Shown here: in pieces, positions 1 to 15,843 of the stretch
Layout: the number at the start of each line of letters is the position of its first letter
How positions within the stretch are numbered: position 1 is the stretch's first letter
Assembly: GCA_963841435.1 (NCBI GenBank)
Contig: CAWJCS010000003.1
Span: 1,312,001-1,376,000, forward strand
DNA: 64,000 bases
DNA from: an uncultured delta proteobacterium
GTDB taxonomy: Bacteria; Myxococcota_A; Polyangia; Polyangiales; Polyangiaceae
Direction of reading: 5' to 3'
Translations under genes and position numbers: made by a program
The notes under the pieces: generated by a model
What the model saw: only the letters and a program-made list of their open reading frames with translations
Told to the model about the DNA's origin: nothing
Databases searched by the model: none

Positions 1-2307
<2,307 letters not shown>

Positions 2308-2321
2308 TTATCCTCCTTCGC

Positions 2322-6465
<4,144 letters not shown>

Positions 6466-6656
6466 CGCGGTCACTGCCTCCACGGACGATGCGGCGCCCG
6501 GCCCTTGGGGCCGGGCATCGGGGCAAACGGAGCCGTGCCCGCGATGCTCGGGGAGCTCGCAGGCGCGACTTTGGCTGAATCACGGACGAATCGATCGCGC
6601 CGGAACCCTTGGGTCCCGTCGACGGGTGCTTGAGCGTTGAGGGCGGGCAAGGGGGC

Positions 6657-7037
6657 CTACTTGACCTCCACTTTGGCGCCCGCCGCTTCGAGCTTCTTCT
6701 TGATGTCCTCGGACTCTTCCTTGCCGATGCCTTCCTTGATGGCCTTCGGCGCGCCCTCGACGAGATCCTTCGCCTCCTTGAGCCCGAGCGCGGTGATCTC
6801 GCGCACTGCCTTGATGACGTTGATCTTGTTGGGGCCGGCGTCGGCGAGGATGACGTTGAACTCCGTCTTCTCCTCTGCTGCCGGAGCCGCGGCCGCCCCA
6901 CCGCCCACGGCGGCAACCGCCACCGGCGCGGCGCTGACGCCCCACTTCGTCTCGAGCTCCTTCACCAGCTCGGCGAGCTGAATGACGGGCATGTTTGAAA
7001 GGAAATCGACGACCTGCTCACGAGTGATATCAGCCAT
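6657..7037 (-). CDS. rplL: 50S ribosomal protein L7/L12
   Basis: [10 protein letters not shown]...[24 protein letters not shown]; synteny with rpoB. Confidence 0.98.
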   Translation of the reverse strand: MADITREQVVDFLSNMPVIQLAELVKELETKWGVSAAPVAVAAVGGGAAAAPAAEEKTEFNVILADAGPNKINVIKAVREITALGLKEAKDLVEGAPKAIKEGIGKEESEDIKKKLEAAGAKVEVK

Positions 7038-7090
7038 GACTAACGTCTCCTGCACTTATTCAAAATACGTTCTTGGGTTTCAGGCGGGGC

Positions 7091-7615
7091 TCAACCGCCG
7101 TCTTTGCGCTCTTTGGCCGCGAGCACACCGACGAACTCGCGGGCCGGAGCATTGAGCAACATTACGAAGCGCTGCGCGGGCGCCATCAGCGTCGCGAGGA
7201 ACCGCGCCCGCATCTCGTCCTTGCTGGGCAAGGTCGCGAGCTGGTTTTCGACCGCGCTCGCGTCGAGCACCTCGCCGTCGAGGACGCCCGCCTTGATCTT
7301 GAGCTTCTCGTTCTCCCTCGAGGCGTCGCGCAAGAGGCGCGCCGCGGCGCTCGGCTCCTCGAAGCTCCACGCGATGCCCGTCATGCCGCGCAGGGCGGAT
7401 CCGAGCTTGTCGACGTAGGAGAGGTCGGAGAGCGCCTTTTCGACGAGCGTGTTCTTGACGACCTTGTAGGCGATGCCCTGGGCGCGGAAGGTGTCGCGAA
7501 GCTTCGTGACCTCTTCCACCGTCATCCCGGTGAAGTCGACGAACACCGCCGACGTCATCCGGTCGAAGTTCGAGCGGATGTCTTTGACGAGCTCTGCTTT
7601 TTGCGCGCGGTCCAT
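7091..7615 (-). CDS. rplJ: 50S ribosomal protein L10
   Basis: YKVVKNTL and LATLPSKDE motifs; lies between rplA and rplL. Confidence 0.97.
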   Translation of the reverse strand: MDRAQKAELVKDIRSNFDRMTSAVFVDFTGMTVEEVTKLRDTFRAQGIAYKVVKNTLVEKALSDLSYVDKLGSALRGMTGIAWSFEEPSAAARLLRDASRENEKLKIKAGVLDGEVLDASAVENQLATLPSKDEMRARFLATLMAPAQRFVMLLNAPAREFVGVLAAKERKDGG

Positions 7616-8331
7616 CAGTGCTCCTCCTCGCTCTCCGACACGACGCTGCTCGTGTCGACGCGGATCCCGGGGCCCATGGTGCTCGTCAGCGTGATGCTGC
7701 GAATGTAGATGCCCTTGGCCGTCGAGGGCTTCTTGGCGACGAGCTCGCGAAGGAGCGCCGTCGCGTTCTCGGAGAGCTTCAGCGGATCGAACGACCTTCG
7801 GCCGACGCGGCAGTGCACGATGCCCGCCTTATCGACGCGGTACTCGACCTTGCCTGCCTTGGCCTCGCGGACGGCCGTCTTGACGTCGAAGGTGACGGTG
7901 CCGACCTTGGGGTTCGGCATCAGACCGCGCGGGCCGAGCACGCGACCGAGCTTGCCGACGGCGCCCATCATGTCAGGCGTCGCGATCACGCGGTCGAACT
8001 CCATGAAGCCCTCTTGCACGCGCTGCACGAGCTCGTCCGAGCCCGCGTGGTCGGCGCCGGCCTCGAGCGCCTCCTTCTCCTTTTCGCCGCGCGCAAACAC
8101 GAGCACGCGAATGCTCTTGCCCGTGCCGTGCGGCAGCACGATGGCGCCACGCACCATCTGATCGGCGTGCTTGGGGTTGACCCCCAGGCGCACCGCCAGG
8201 TCCACGCTTTCGTCGAACTTCGCGAAAGCGCTCGCCTTCAACACCGCGACGGCTTCGTCGACGGTGTGCCGCTTGGCGCGGTCCACTTTCGAGACCGCCG
8301 CGGTCATGTTCTTGGATAGCTTCGTTGCCAT
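7615..8331 (-). CDS. rplA: 50S ribosomal protein L1
   Basis: [38 protein letters not shown]. Confidence 0.98.
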   Translation of the reverse strand: MATKLSKNMTAAVSKVDRAKRHTVDEAVAVLKASAFAKFDESVDLAVRLGVNPKHADQMVRGAIVLPHGTGKSIRVLVFARGEKEKEALEAGADHAGSDELVQRVQEGFMEFDRVIATPDMMGAVGKLGRVLGPRGLMPNPKVGTVTFDVKTAVREAKAGKVEYRVDKAGIVHCRVGRRSFDPLKLSENATALLRELVAKKPSTAKGIYIRSITLTSTMGPGIRVDTSSVVSESEEEH

Positions 8332-8411
8332 TTGTTTCGTCTTTCGACTCCTGGGATACGGTCGAAACGAGCTCGTCGCTCGCCGCCGCTCCAGTACCTA
8401 CGAGACCCCCA

Positions 8412-8858
8412 TCAACCGACGTCGACCCCCATGCTCCTCGCCGTGCCCGCGATGCTCCGCGCGGCCGCTTCGAGGTCGGTCGTGTTCATGTCCTTGATCT
8501 TCTCCTTGGCGATCGTGCGCACCTGATCCCAAGTGAGGCTGCCCACCTTGGTCTTGTTCGGCTCCTTCGAGCCCGAGCCCGGCTTCTTCGACGAGGACAG
8601 GCCGCAAGCCTGCTTGACCAGCACGCTCGCCGGCGGGGACTTCATCACGAACGAGTAAGAGCGATCCGCGTACACCGTGATGACGACCGGGAGGATCGTC
8701 TCGCCGAGCGGCGCGCTGCGGGCGTTGAAGTCCTTGCAGAACTGCATGATGTTCACGCCGTGCTGGCCCAGGGCGGGGCCAACGGGCGGCGACGGATTCG
8801 CCTTCCCGGCGGGAAGCTGCAGCTTGATGTAGGCGGAGATTTTTTTCTTGGAGCTCAT
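8412..8858 (-). CDS. rplK: 50S ribosomal protein L11
   Basis: [36 protein letters not shown]; start placed at MSSKKK. Confidence 0.98.
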   Translation of the reverse strand: MSSKKKISAYIKLQLPAGKANPSPPVGPALGQHGVNIMQFCKDFNARSAPLGETILPVVITVYADRSYSFVMKSPPASVLVKQACGLSSSKKPGSGSKEPNKTKVGSLTWDQVRTIAKEKIKDMNTTDLEAAARSIAGTARSMGVDVG

Positions 8859-8964
8859 TCGGGATTTCCTCGAGCCTGGACCGTCAGAGAGGCCGGAGAG
8901 AGCTGGTCTTGCCGGTGAGGCGCGCGCAAAGGTTGCGGCGTCCATCGCGGTCGGCAAGGAGGCC

Positions 8965-9036
8965 GGTGCTGGCCTCGCCAGTTCTTCGGTTCGGGGTGTG
9001 GTCTCTCATGACGATCGTGATTTGGTGTTCCAAGAC
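8965..9036. repeat. Copy C (inverted) of ~70-90 bp intergenic repeat family
   Basis: Reverse complement GTCTTGGAACACCAAATCACGATCGTC-N28-CTGGCGAGGCCAG matches the copies at 11917 and 12350. Confidence 0.75.
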
Positions 9037-9069
9037 TTTCTGGGTTGAGCCGGGGCGCTGCGCGCCGCC

Positions 9070-9624
9070 CTACCGCTTCTCCACGTGGGAGAAATCCAGC
9101 TCCACGGGGGTGGGCCGGCCGAAGATGCTCACCATGACCTTGAGCTTCTGCTTGTCGGGCTTGACCTCTTGAACGGTGCCCGAGAAGTTCGCGAATGCGC
9201 CCACCACCACACGGACCTCGTCGCCCTCCTGGAACTGGTGGCGCGGCTTGGGCTTGACGGCCCCTTCGACGATCCCCTTGCGAAGGTTCTCGATGTGCGG
9301 GGACTTCACCTCTTGCGGGCGCTGGTTGCCGATGAAGCCCGTCACCTTGGGCGTGTCCTTGACGAGGTGCCAGGCGTGCTCGCTCATTTCCATCTCGACG
9401 AAGAGATAGCCAGGGAAGCTCGTCTTGGTCCGGACGCGCTGCTTGCCGTCCTTGCTCGTGTCGGTGACCGTTTCGGAGGGGATCAGGATCTCCCCGAACT
9501 TCTCCTCCATCTTGTACTGCCGGATCCGCTCCAAGAGGGCAGACTTCACCTTGCTCTCGTAGCCAGAGTAGGTGGTCACGACGTACCACTTCTTTTCGGA
9601 AACCTGGACTTCTGCCTCGTTCAT
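9070..9624 (-). CDS. nusG: Transcription termination/antitermination factor NusG
   Basis: KWYVVTTYSGYE, FPGYLFVEM, KOW region and VSIFGRPTPVELDF. Confidence 0.98.
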   Translation of the reverse strand: MNEAEVQVSEKKWYVVTTYSGYESKVKSALLERIRQYKMEEKFGEILIPSETVTDTSKDGKQRVRTKTSFPGYLFVEMEMSEHAWHLVKDTPKVTGFIGNQRPQEVKSPHIENLRKGIVEGAVKPKPRHQFQEGDEVRVVVGAFANFSGTVQEVKPDKQKLKVMVSIFGRPTPVELDFSHVEKR

Positions 9625-10178
9625 ACGCCGTACACCAGGGTGGTGAGGAAGCTCCAAAATCGGTCCAGCAGGGCGACGTAGACGGTTGCGATGGTGCTCG
9701 CCACGATCACCACCACCGTCCCGTTCACCGTCGTCTCGCGCGAGGGCCAGGTGACGCGCGAGAGCTCGCTCGCGACGTCGTCCGCCCAACGGCGCACTTT
9801 TTCCTTACGGTAAGATTGAATCACCATCACCGTGCCGATGGCGGCGCCGATGACGAGCGCGATGCCTTCACGCTGCTCCTCGCCGTAGGCGACGAGCTGC
9901 GGCACGGCGGTGACAGCCGCGGGCCACTCCGCAATCGTGCCCCAGCCGAGCACGATGAGCTTGCTCGAGATGTAGGCGCCGATGATCGCGGCGAGGAAGA
10001 ACGCGGCGTGGACGTAGCGAGCCGCGCCGAGCGAACCGGTGGCGGTCGCCTCGATCTCGTCCTGCTCGTCGACGCTCACCTCCTCGGTCGCGGACCGTTC
10101 CACGATCGCGTCGGCGGACGTCTCCGTCGAGGTCTCTTCCTCGGACGGATTCAACTTGTCGTCGTCGTCGCTTGCCAT
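9621..10178 (-). CDS. secE: Preprotein translocase SecE (extended, acidic N-terminus, ~3 TM)
   Basis: ELSRVTWPSRETT motif followed by a TM helix; between tRNA-Trp and nusG. Confidence 0.92.
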   Translation of the reverse strand: MASDDDDKLNPSEEETSTETSADAIVERSATEEVSVDEQDEIEATATGSLGAARYVHAAFFLAAIIGAYISSKLIVLGWGTIAEWPAAVTAVPQLVAYGEEQREGIALVIGAAIGTVMVIQSYRKEKVRRWADDVASELSRVTWPSRETTVNGTVVVIVASTIATVYVALLDRFWSFLTTLVYGV

Positions 10179-10195
10179 CGTTCTACTCGTCACAG

Positions 10196-10268
10196 CAGGG
10201 GCGGAGAGACTCGAACTCCCGGCCCGCGGATTTGGAATCCGCTGCTCTACCAACTGAGCTACGCCCCT
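10196..10268 (-). tRNA. tRNA-Trp (CCA)
   Basis: AGGGGCGTAGCTCAGTTGGTAGAGC...GGA-TTCCAAA-TCC...GTTCGAGT...CGCCCCTG cloverleaf; CCA end not encoded. Confidence 0.96.
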
Positions 10269-10311
10269 GGAGCCGGGTCGCATGAATTGCCCGGAGATTC
10301 CTCAGGCTGAC

Positions 10312-10494
10312 TTACCTTCCTTCGATGTGCACCGTGTGGTGATTACAACCGCTACAGAATTTCTTGAGCTTCAGAACCGTGCCCCCGTCGCGGGGGATCT
10401 TCTTGGTCGGATAATTTCGCTTGCCGCACACCGTGCAGGCCAAGACGACCCGGATGCGGCGCCCGTGGGGGGCTGCCGGCTCGCGGGACGCCAT
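10312..10494 (-). CDS. rpmG: 50S ribosomal protein L33 (Zn-ribbon type)
   Basis: LACTVCGKRNYPTKK...LKLKKFCSGCNHHTVH. Confidence 0.93.
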   Translation of the reverse strand: MASREPAAPHGRRIRVVLACTVCGKRNYPTKKIPRDGGTVLKLKKFCSGCNHHTVHIEGR

Positions 10495-10498
10495 CGGC

Positions 10499-11689
<1,191 letters not shown>

Positions 11690-11756
11690 GGCTGCTTCCG
11701 GGTTCCTTCCTAAGCGTTGCGAGACGGTTGTTGGGTTCGATCGGACGATGACTTCG

Positions 11757-11829
<73 letters not shown>

Positions 11830-11916
11830 GAGCTTGGGAGCCGTGCACGCGCACCGCGAAGCGGCGGCTGCTAGCACCGGCCGCGGCCCTCGGCCGCGGC
11901 CCGCGAAGACCTGGCG

Positions 11917-12006
11917 GTCTTGGAGGACCAGATCACGATCGGCAATAGCGGCCACGCGCCCCACAAAAGGCCGGCGAGGCCGGAGCGCGCTGCTCGGAGC
12001 CCGCAA
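11917..12006. repeat. Copy A of intergenic repeat, ~45 bp downstream of tRNA-Gly
   Basis: GTCTTGGAGGACCAGATCACGATCGGC-N27-CCGGCGAGGCCGG...CTGCTC; 25/27 identity to copy B over the core. Confidence 0.85.
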
Positions 12007-12051
12007 CTGACGCACGCTGCCAGGGGCCGCCGAACAGACTCAACAAACCAG

Positions 12052-12124
12052 AGCGGGAGATGGGACTCGAACCCACGACGTTCAGCTTGGAAGGCTGATG
12101 CTCTACCAATTGAGCTACTCCCGC
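12052..12124 (-). tRNA. tRNA-Gly (TCC)
   Basis: GCGGGAGTAGCTCAATTGGTAGAGC...CAGC-CTTCCAA-GCTG...GTTCGAGT...CTCCCGCT. Confidence 0.96.
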
Positions 12125-12134
12125 GAGATCGTTG

Positions 12135-12210
12135 CGGCGGGAGACGGGACTCGAAACCGGAGCCACGGACCGCACGTGCCCGCAACGTGCCGCACCCGAC
12201 GCACCCCGCC
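12135..12210 (-). pseudogene. tRNA-sized, tRNA-Gly-like degenerate element
   Basis: 3' end TTCGAGTCCCGTCTCCCGCC is 18/20 identical to the adjacent tRNA-Gly 3' end. 5' GGCGGGG can pair with 3' TCCCGCC. D arm, T stem and anticodon loop are non-canonical. Confidence 0.5.
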
Positions 12211-12349
12211 GGTACGCCAGGTAGCGCAGGCCGCCCTCGCGGCCGCCCAGTGCCGTCGACGCGCAAGCGCTCACTGCCGTCGGCGCGCAAGCAACCAGCG
12301 CCGTCGACTCTGCCCGCGGCGCGCAAGCGCCGCCCACCACGACCTCTGA

Positions 12350-12440
12350 GTCTTGGAAGAACAGATCACGATCGGCGTGAGCGGCGACGAGCCCCAACGA
12401 AACCCGGCGAGGCCGGCGCGGCCTGCTCAGCCCTTGCGAA
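12350..12440. repeat. Copy B of intergenic repeat, ~40 bp downstream of tRNA-Tyr
   Basis: GTCTTGGAAGAACAGATCACGATCGGC-N27-CCGGCGAGGCCGG...CTGCTC. Confidence 0.85.
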
Positions 12441-12480
12441 GGTCGCAGAGCCTGGTGATCCGCCGAAACCCCAGAACTAG

Positions 12481-12563
12481 TGGAGGGTGTTGGATTCGAA
12501 CCAACGTAGGCAAACGCCGGCAGGTTTACAGCCTGCTCCCTTTGGCCACTCGGGCAACCCTCC
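12481..12563 (-). tRNA. tRNA-Tyr (GTA)
   Basis: GGAGGGTTGCCCGAGTGGCCAAAGGG...GCAGG-CTGTAAA-CCTGC, long variable arm, GTTCGAAT. Confidence 0.96.
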
Positions 12564-12585
12564 GGGGTCAGGTGCGACGAAGTCG

Positions 12586-12658
12586 AGCTGGCGGGGGGAC
12601 TCGAACCCCCAACCACCTGTTTACAAAACAGGTGCTCTGCCGGTTGAGCTACGCCAGC
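12586..12658 (-). tRNA. tRNA-Thr (TGT)
   Basis: GCTGGCGTAGCTCAACCGGCAGAGC...CCTGT-TTTGTAA-ACAGG...GTTCGAGT...CGCCAGCT. Confidence 0.96.
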
Positions 12659-12872
12659 CGAGAGCATGCGTTCGCGCGCGCGCCGCGATGTGCGGCACGA
12701 GAGCATCGGCACTGAAGGGCGAGGGCGTCGATCGTGCATCGGCAGGTCGGACGTTGGCGCGCGGAATCGGGAAGCGACGTGCGCCGGAAAAAAGGGGCAC
12801 CCCACCCGTTGCCTCCCCCTCGAGGACCATGTAACGGGGAAGGGACGCGGCGGGGTCGACGAGAACCGGGGC

Positions 12873-12901
12873 CTCTTAGCGCCGGGTACGGGGACCGTCA
12901 A
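12873..12901 (-). promoter_or_regulatory. Candidate sigma70 promoter of the tRNA-tuf operon
   Basis: TTGACG-N17-TAAGAG on the minus strand, with an AT-rich upstream tract (12900-12990) and a GC-rich discriminator. Confidence 0.5.
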
Positions 12902-12984
12902 GCATAATTCATACCGCTTTTTCGCGGCGCAAGGGCCCTAGGCTGCGAAAGAGAATTATTTTGACATTTTGTGGGTTTATTGAG

Positions 12985-14142
12985 TCATTTCGGGGTCGGG
13001 GCCTGAGCTTTGCTGCGGGCTTGGGCGCGCTTCTTGATCTCCGCGAGGGCCTCCTCCAGGTCGGCGCGGCTATACGGCAAACGGTCGAGCGCCGCGAGCT
13101 CCGCTTGTTCTGCTGCACGTATGTCCAGGAGCGACTGGCGGGCGCGGTCAACCCAGAGCGAGCGCTCGCCCTCGCGCTCGGCCATCGCCATCGTGTGCTC
13201 CATCATGCCGCGCGCCTTTTCGAGCAAAACCTCGTAGCGCAGGCGCATGGCGCCCTCGAACAGCTGCCGACGCGCGTCGGTGTCGGCCGGGGCCGGCGCG
13301 GGCATCGCCATGAGATCGCGATGCAGGCTCTCGTACATCTCGCCGAGCCGGTAGCCCGCTAGCGTGGACCAGTGGGCATCGTAGGCCCGCCAGGTCTCCG
13401 AGTAGGCGTGCTGTGCATCGAGGATGAGCTGACAACGCCGTTCGAGGACCGCAGAAAAGTCGGCGGGGATTGGGTCGAAGCGGATGCGCTCGGCCCTGAG
13501 CCGCTGTGCCTCGCCGAGTGCGTAATAGAGCGGGGCGAGGTCACGCGGCAGCTTTCCGGCCAGATCTAGCCTTTCGCGCTCGACGATGTCGCGTCCCCGC
13601 TCGACGTAGGAGCTGGCGCGAGCGTCGTCCCCCTCGTCGACGAGCGCGAGGGCTTTGCCGCCGTAGGCGACGATGGACTCCATGGGCCGGAGGTCGGGCT
13701 CGGCGAGAAGCCGATCGGCGAAGCGTCCCGCCCACGCGAAGTCGTCGACGTAGGTGAGCAGCCGCACGAGCCGGAGCATCGAGAGCCGCGAGCGGGGATG
13801 CCCAAGGTGATGCTCGACGATGCCACGATAGCGCTCGATGGCAGCCTGGTGGTGGCCGAGGCGGTCGTGAATGTCGCCGGAGCGAAACAGCGCCTCGCCG
13901 GCAAGCTCACCGGCGGGCTCGAGCTCGGCGACCCTGTCGAAGCCGCCGGTTGCGAGCGCGAGCTCACCGGCGCGCTCGTGGCGCTCGGCTTCCGCGAAAA
14001 GCTCCTCGAGCGTTGCCGTTCGCGTCGGCGTGACCACGACGCGCGGCACCTCGATGAGCCGCTCGGGCGAGGCGGGGACAGGCGCCTCTGCCCGCGGGAC
14101 CGCGGCACAACCCGTGAGCAGCACGAAGGCCAGCGCGCGCAT
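12985..14142 (-). CDS. Tetratricopeptide-repeat lipoprotein
   Basis: MRALAFVLLTGC lipobox-like signal; helical repeats (EALFRSGDIHDRLG, YYALGEAQR, AGYRLGEMYE). Confidence 0.75.
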   Translation of the reverse strand: MRALAFVLLTGCAAVPRAEAPVPASPERLIEVPRVVVTPTRTATLEELFAEAERHERAGELALATGGFDRVAELEPAGELAGEALFRSGDIHDRLGHHQAAIERYRGIVEHHLGHPRSRLSMLRLVRLLTYVDDFAWAGRFADRLLAEPDLRPMESIVAYGGKALALVDEGDDARASSYVERGRDIVERERLDLAGKLPRDLAPLYYALGEAQRLRAERIRFDPIPADFSAVLERRCQLILDAQHAYSETWRAYDAHWSTLAGYRLGEMYESLHRDLMAMPAPAPADTDARRQLFEGAMRLRYEVLLEKARGMMEHTMAMAEREGERSLWVDRARQSLLDIRAAEQAELAALDRLPYSRADLEEALAEIKKRAQARSKAQAPTPK

Positions 14143-14453
14143 CCGAGGAAGCGTACCGCTACCTGACGGAGCCCGCCGCCGGGGCGCAGCTCGATCGGAA
14201 TTTGCCGCTCGGAGTGGGCTCTGTTTCGGCAACAGAGCAATCTGACCACGCTGGCGTTTCGGGCTTGGGGAAGCACGATTCTTGCGAGCGTCGCCAGGGT
14301 GCTTTCGGGTGAAGAGCACCATTGACGGCCATGGCCCGTCGCTTACCCTAAAAGGCGCATGGCGCGATCGACCGCGGTGGGGAATGACGCGACGGGACGG
14401 GGCGTCATGCAAGGTGCCCGCCGCCCGGGCAATGACGAAGGAGGCAGAGTGCG

Positions 14454-14654
14454 ATGAAGCAAGTCGTCGTCGAGCAGTACCTCACGAATCTCGAGGCTCG
14501 CCACAAGGATCTGGCCACGGCAGTCGCCGAGCTCGGCCGGCGCGCCTACCTCACACCGAGCGAGCAGCGCGAGGTTGCCGATCTGAAGAAGGAGAAGCTA
14601 TTGACGAAGGACCGCATCGTCGCCCTGCGGCGCTCCGACCCTCCACTTGGTTGA
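14454..14654 (+). CDS. Small coiled-coil protein, DUF465/YdcH-like
   Basis: LEARHKDL...LKKEKLLTKDRI pattern; strong RBS AAGGAGG upstream. Confidence 0.75.
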   Translation: MKQVVVEQYLTNLEARHKDLATAVAELGRRAYLTPSEQREVADLKKEKLLTKDRIVALRRSDPPLG

Positions 14655-14668
14655 GCGGCGCGCTCGCG

Positions 14669-15094
14669 CTACGGCGCGGCGTGTGCGCTTCCCGACCCTG
14701 ACTCGGCGGACTTGTCGACGAACTCGGCCGAGTCCTTGTCGAAGCGCTCCGACCCTCCGTACACGTCGTTGTTCAGATCGGTGAGCGACTTCTCGAGGCG
14801 GTCGCGCCATTCCTGATTGAGCCCACCGGGCTGCGCGTGATCGATGGCGCGCGCGACGGCGAGCCAGTGGCGAGCATAGGGGCGGAAGCCTAGGCGGTAG
14901 TCGGTCATACCGCGGAGGTAGGCGTAGCGCGCCTGATCGTTGACGGTGAGGGAGTCCGTGTCGGGCTCGAGGACGCGCCAGATCGCGAGCGCGTGCTCGT
15001 ACTGGTTCTCCTCGTAGAGGCGCTGGCCGCGGTTCAAATCCTCGCGGTAGGTCGAGCACCCGAGCAGGGCGAGAGCGAGAAGGGCGTACCGCAT
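14669..15094 (-). CDS. Hypothetical lipoprotein (TPR-like)
   Basis: MRYALLALALLGC lipobox; helical repeat RYAYLRGMTDYRLG. Confidence 0.75.
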   Translation of the reverse strand: MRYALLALALLGCSTYREDLNRGQRLYEENQYEHALAIWRVLEPDTDSLTVNDQARYAYLRGMTDYRLGFRPYARHWLAVARAIDHAQPGGLNQEWRDRLEKSLTDLNNDVYGGSERFDKDSAEFVDKSAESGSGSAHAAP

Positions 15095-15168
15095 GATCGG
15101 GAGGGGAGGGTACCCTGCCCCGAGCCCGGGGAGCAAGACACGAGCCCCAGCGGCGGGCGCAGGGGGTC

Positions 15169-15786
15169 TCACCCGAGCCTCCGGTAGTGAAGGCGCGTGA
15201 TCGGCAAGCCGTCGGCCAGCGCCCGCCGCTCGCGGGGGCTTCGCGCGCCGAAGGGGTTCTCGGCGACGCGCGGGGCCTCGTTCACGGGGGCGAAGGCGGC
15301 ATGCGCGTCCAAGAGCGACTGGTACCCGGCGGCGCGCTCCTCGACGTCGGTCTGGATGAAGAGCTCGCCGCCGGGCAAGAGGACCCGCGCGAGCTCGTCG
15401 AGCACGAAGGCGGACAGCACGAGTCGCTTGGTGTGGCGCTTCTTCCACCAGGGATCGGGAAAGTGAACGAAGACGGCACCCACGCAGCCGTCGACGAAGC
15501 GGGGAAGAGCGTCCCGCGCATCCTCCGCGAACACGCGAGCCCTTGCCCCGTGACCGAGCGCCGCGAGCTTCTGGTTGACGAGCGTCGCCCATTTTCGCCG
15601 GATCTCGAGCCCGAGGATCCGTACGTCCGGGCCCAGAGTGACGCGCTCCAGCATGAACCCGCCGCGCCCCGGACCAATCTCGAGCTCGACCGGGGTGCCC
15701 GGGGCGCCGAGCAGCACCCGGGGGTCGACGGGGGGACCCTCCGGTAGGCGCGGGGCGTCGGCGTAGGGTCGAGGAGCGCGGGTCAC
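15169..15786 (-). CDS. trmB: tRNA (guanine-N7)-methyltransferase
   Basis: ELEIGPGRG, GLEIR, HFPDPWWKKRHTKRLV, QTDV. Confidence 0.92.
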   Translation of the reverse strand: MTRAPRPYADAPRLPEGPPVDPRVLLGAPGTPVELEIGPGRGGFMLERVTLGPDVRILGLEIRRKWATLVNQKLAALGHGARARVFAEDARDALPRFVDGCVGAVFVHFPDPWWKKRHTKRLVLSAFVLDELARVLLPGGELFIQTDVEERAAGYQSLLDAHAAFAPVNEAPRVAENPFGARSPRERRALADGLPITRLHYRRLG

Positions 15787-15843
15787 GGGGGGGCGCCGGT
15801 CCTCGGCGGGCCGGCTCGAGGCCCCTCTAGTATAGAAGCCACC

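Noticed and set aside
6496..6516. Hairpin GCCCGGCCC-TTG-GGGCCGGGC before rpoB as a terminator
   Set aside because: No U-tract on the transcribed strand; function cannot be supported.
12052..12160. Integrated element at tRNA-Gly (attL/attR)
   Set aside because: The duplicated 3' segment is only ~85 bp away and upstream of the tRNA; no integrase or cargo.
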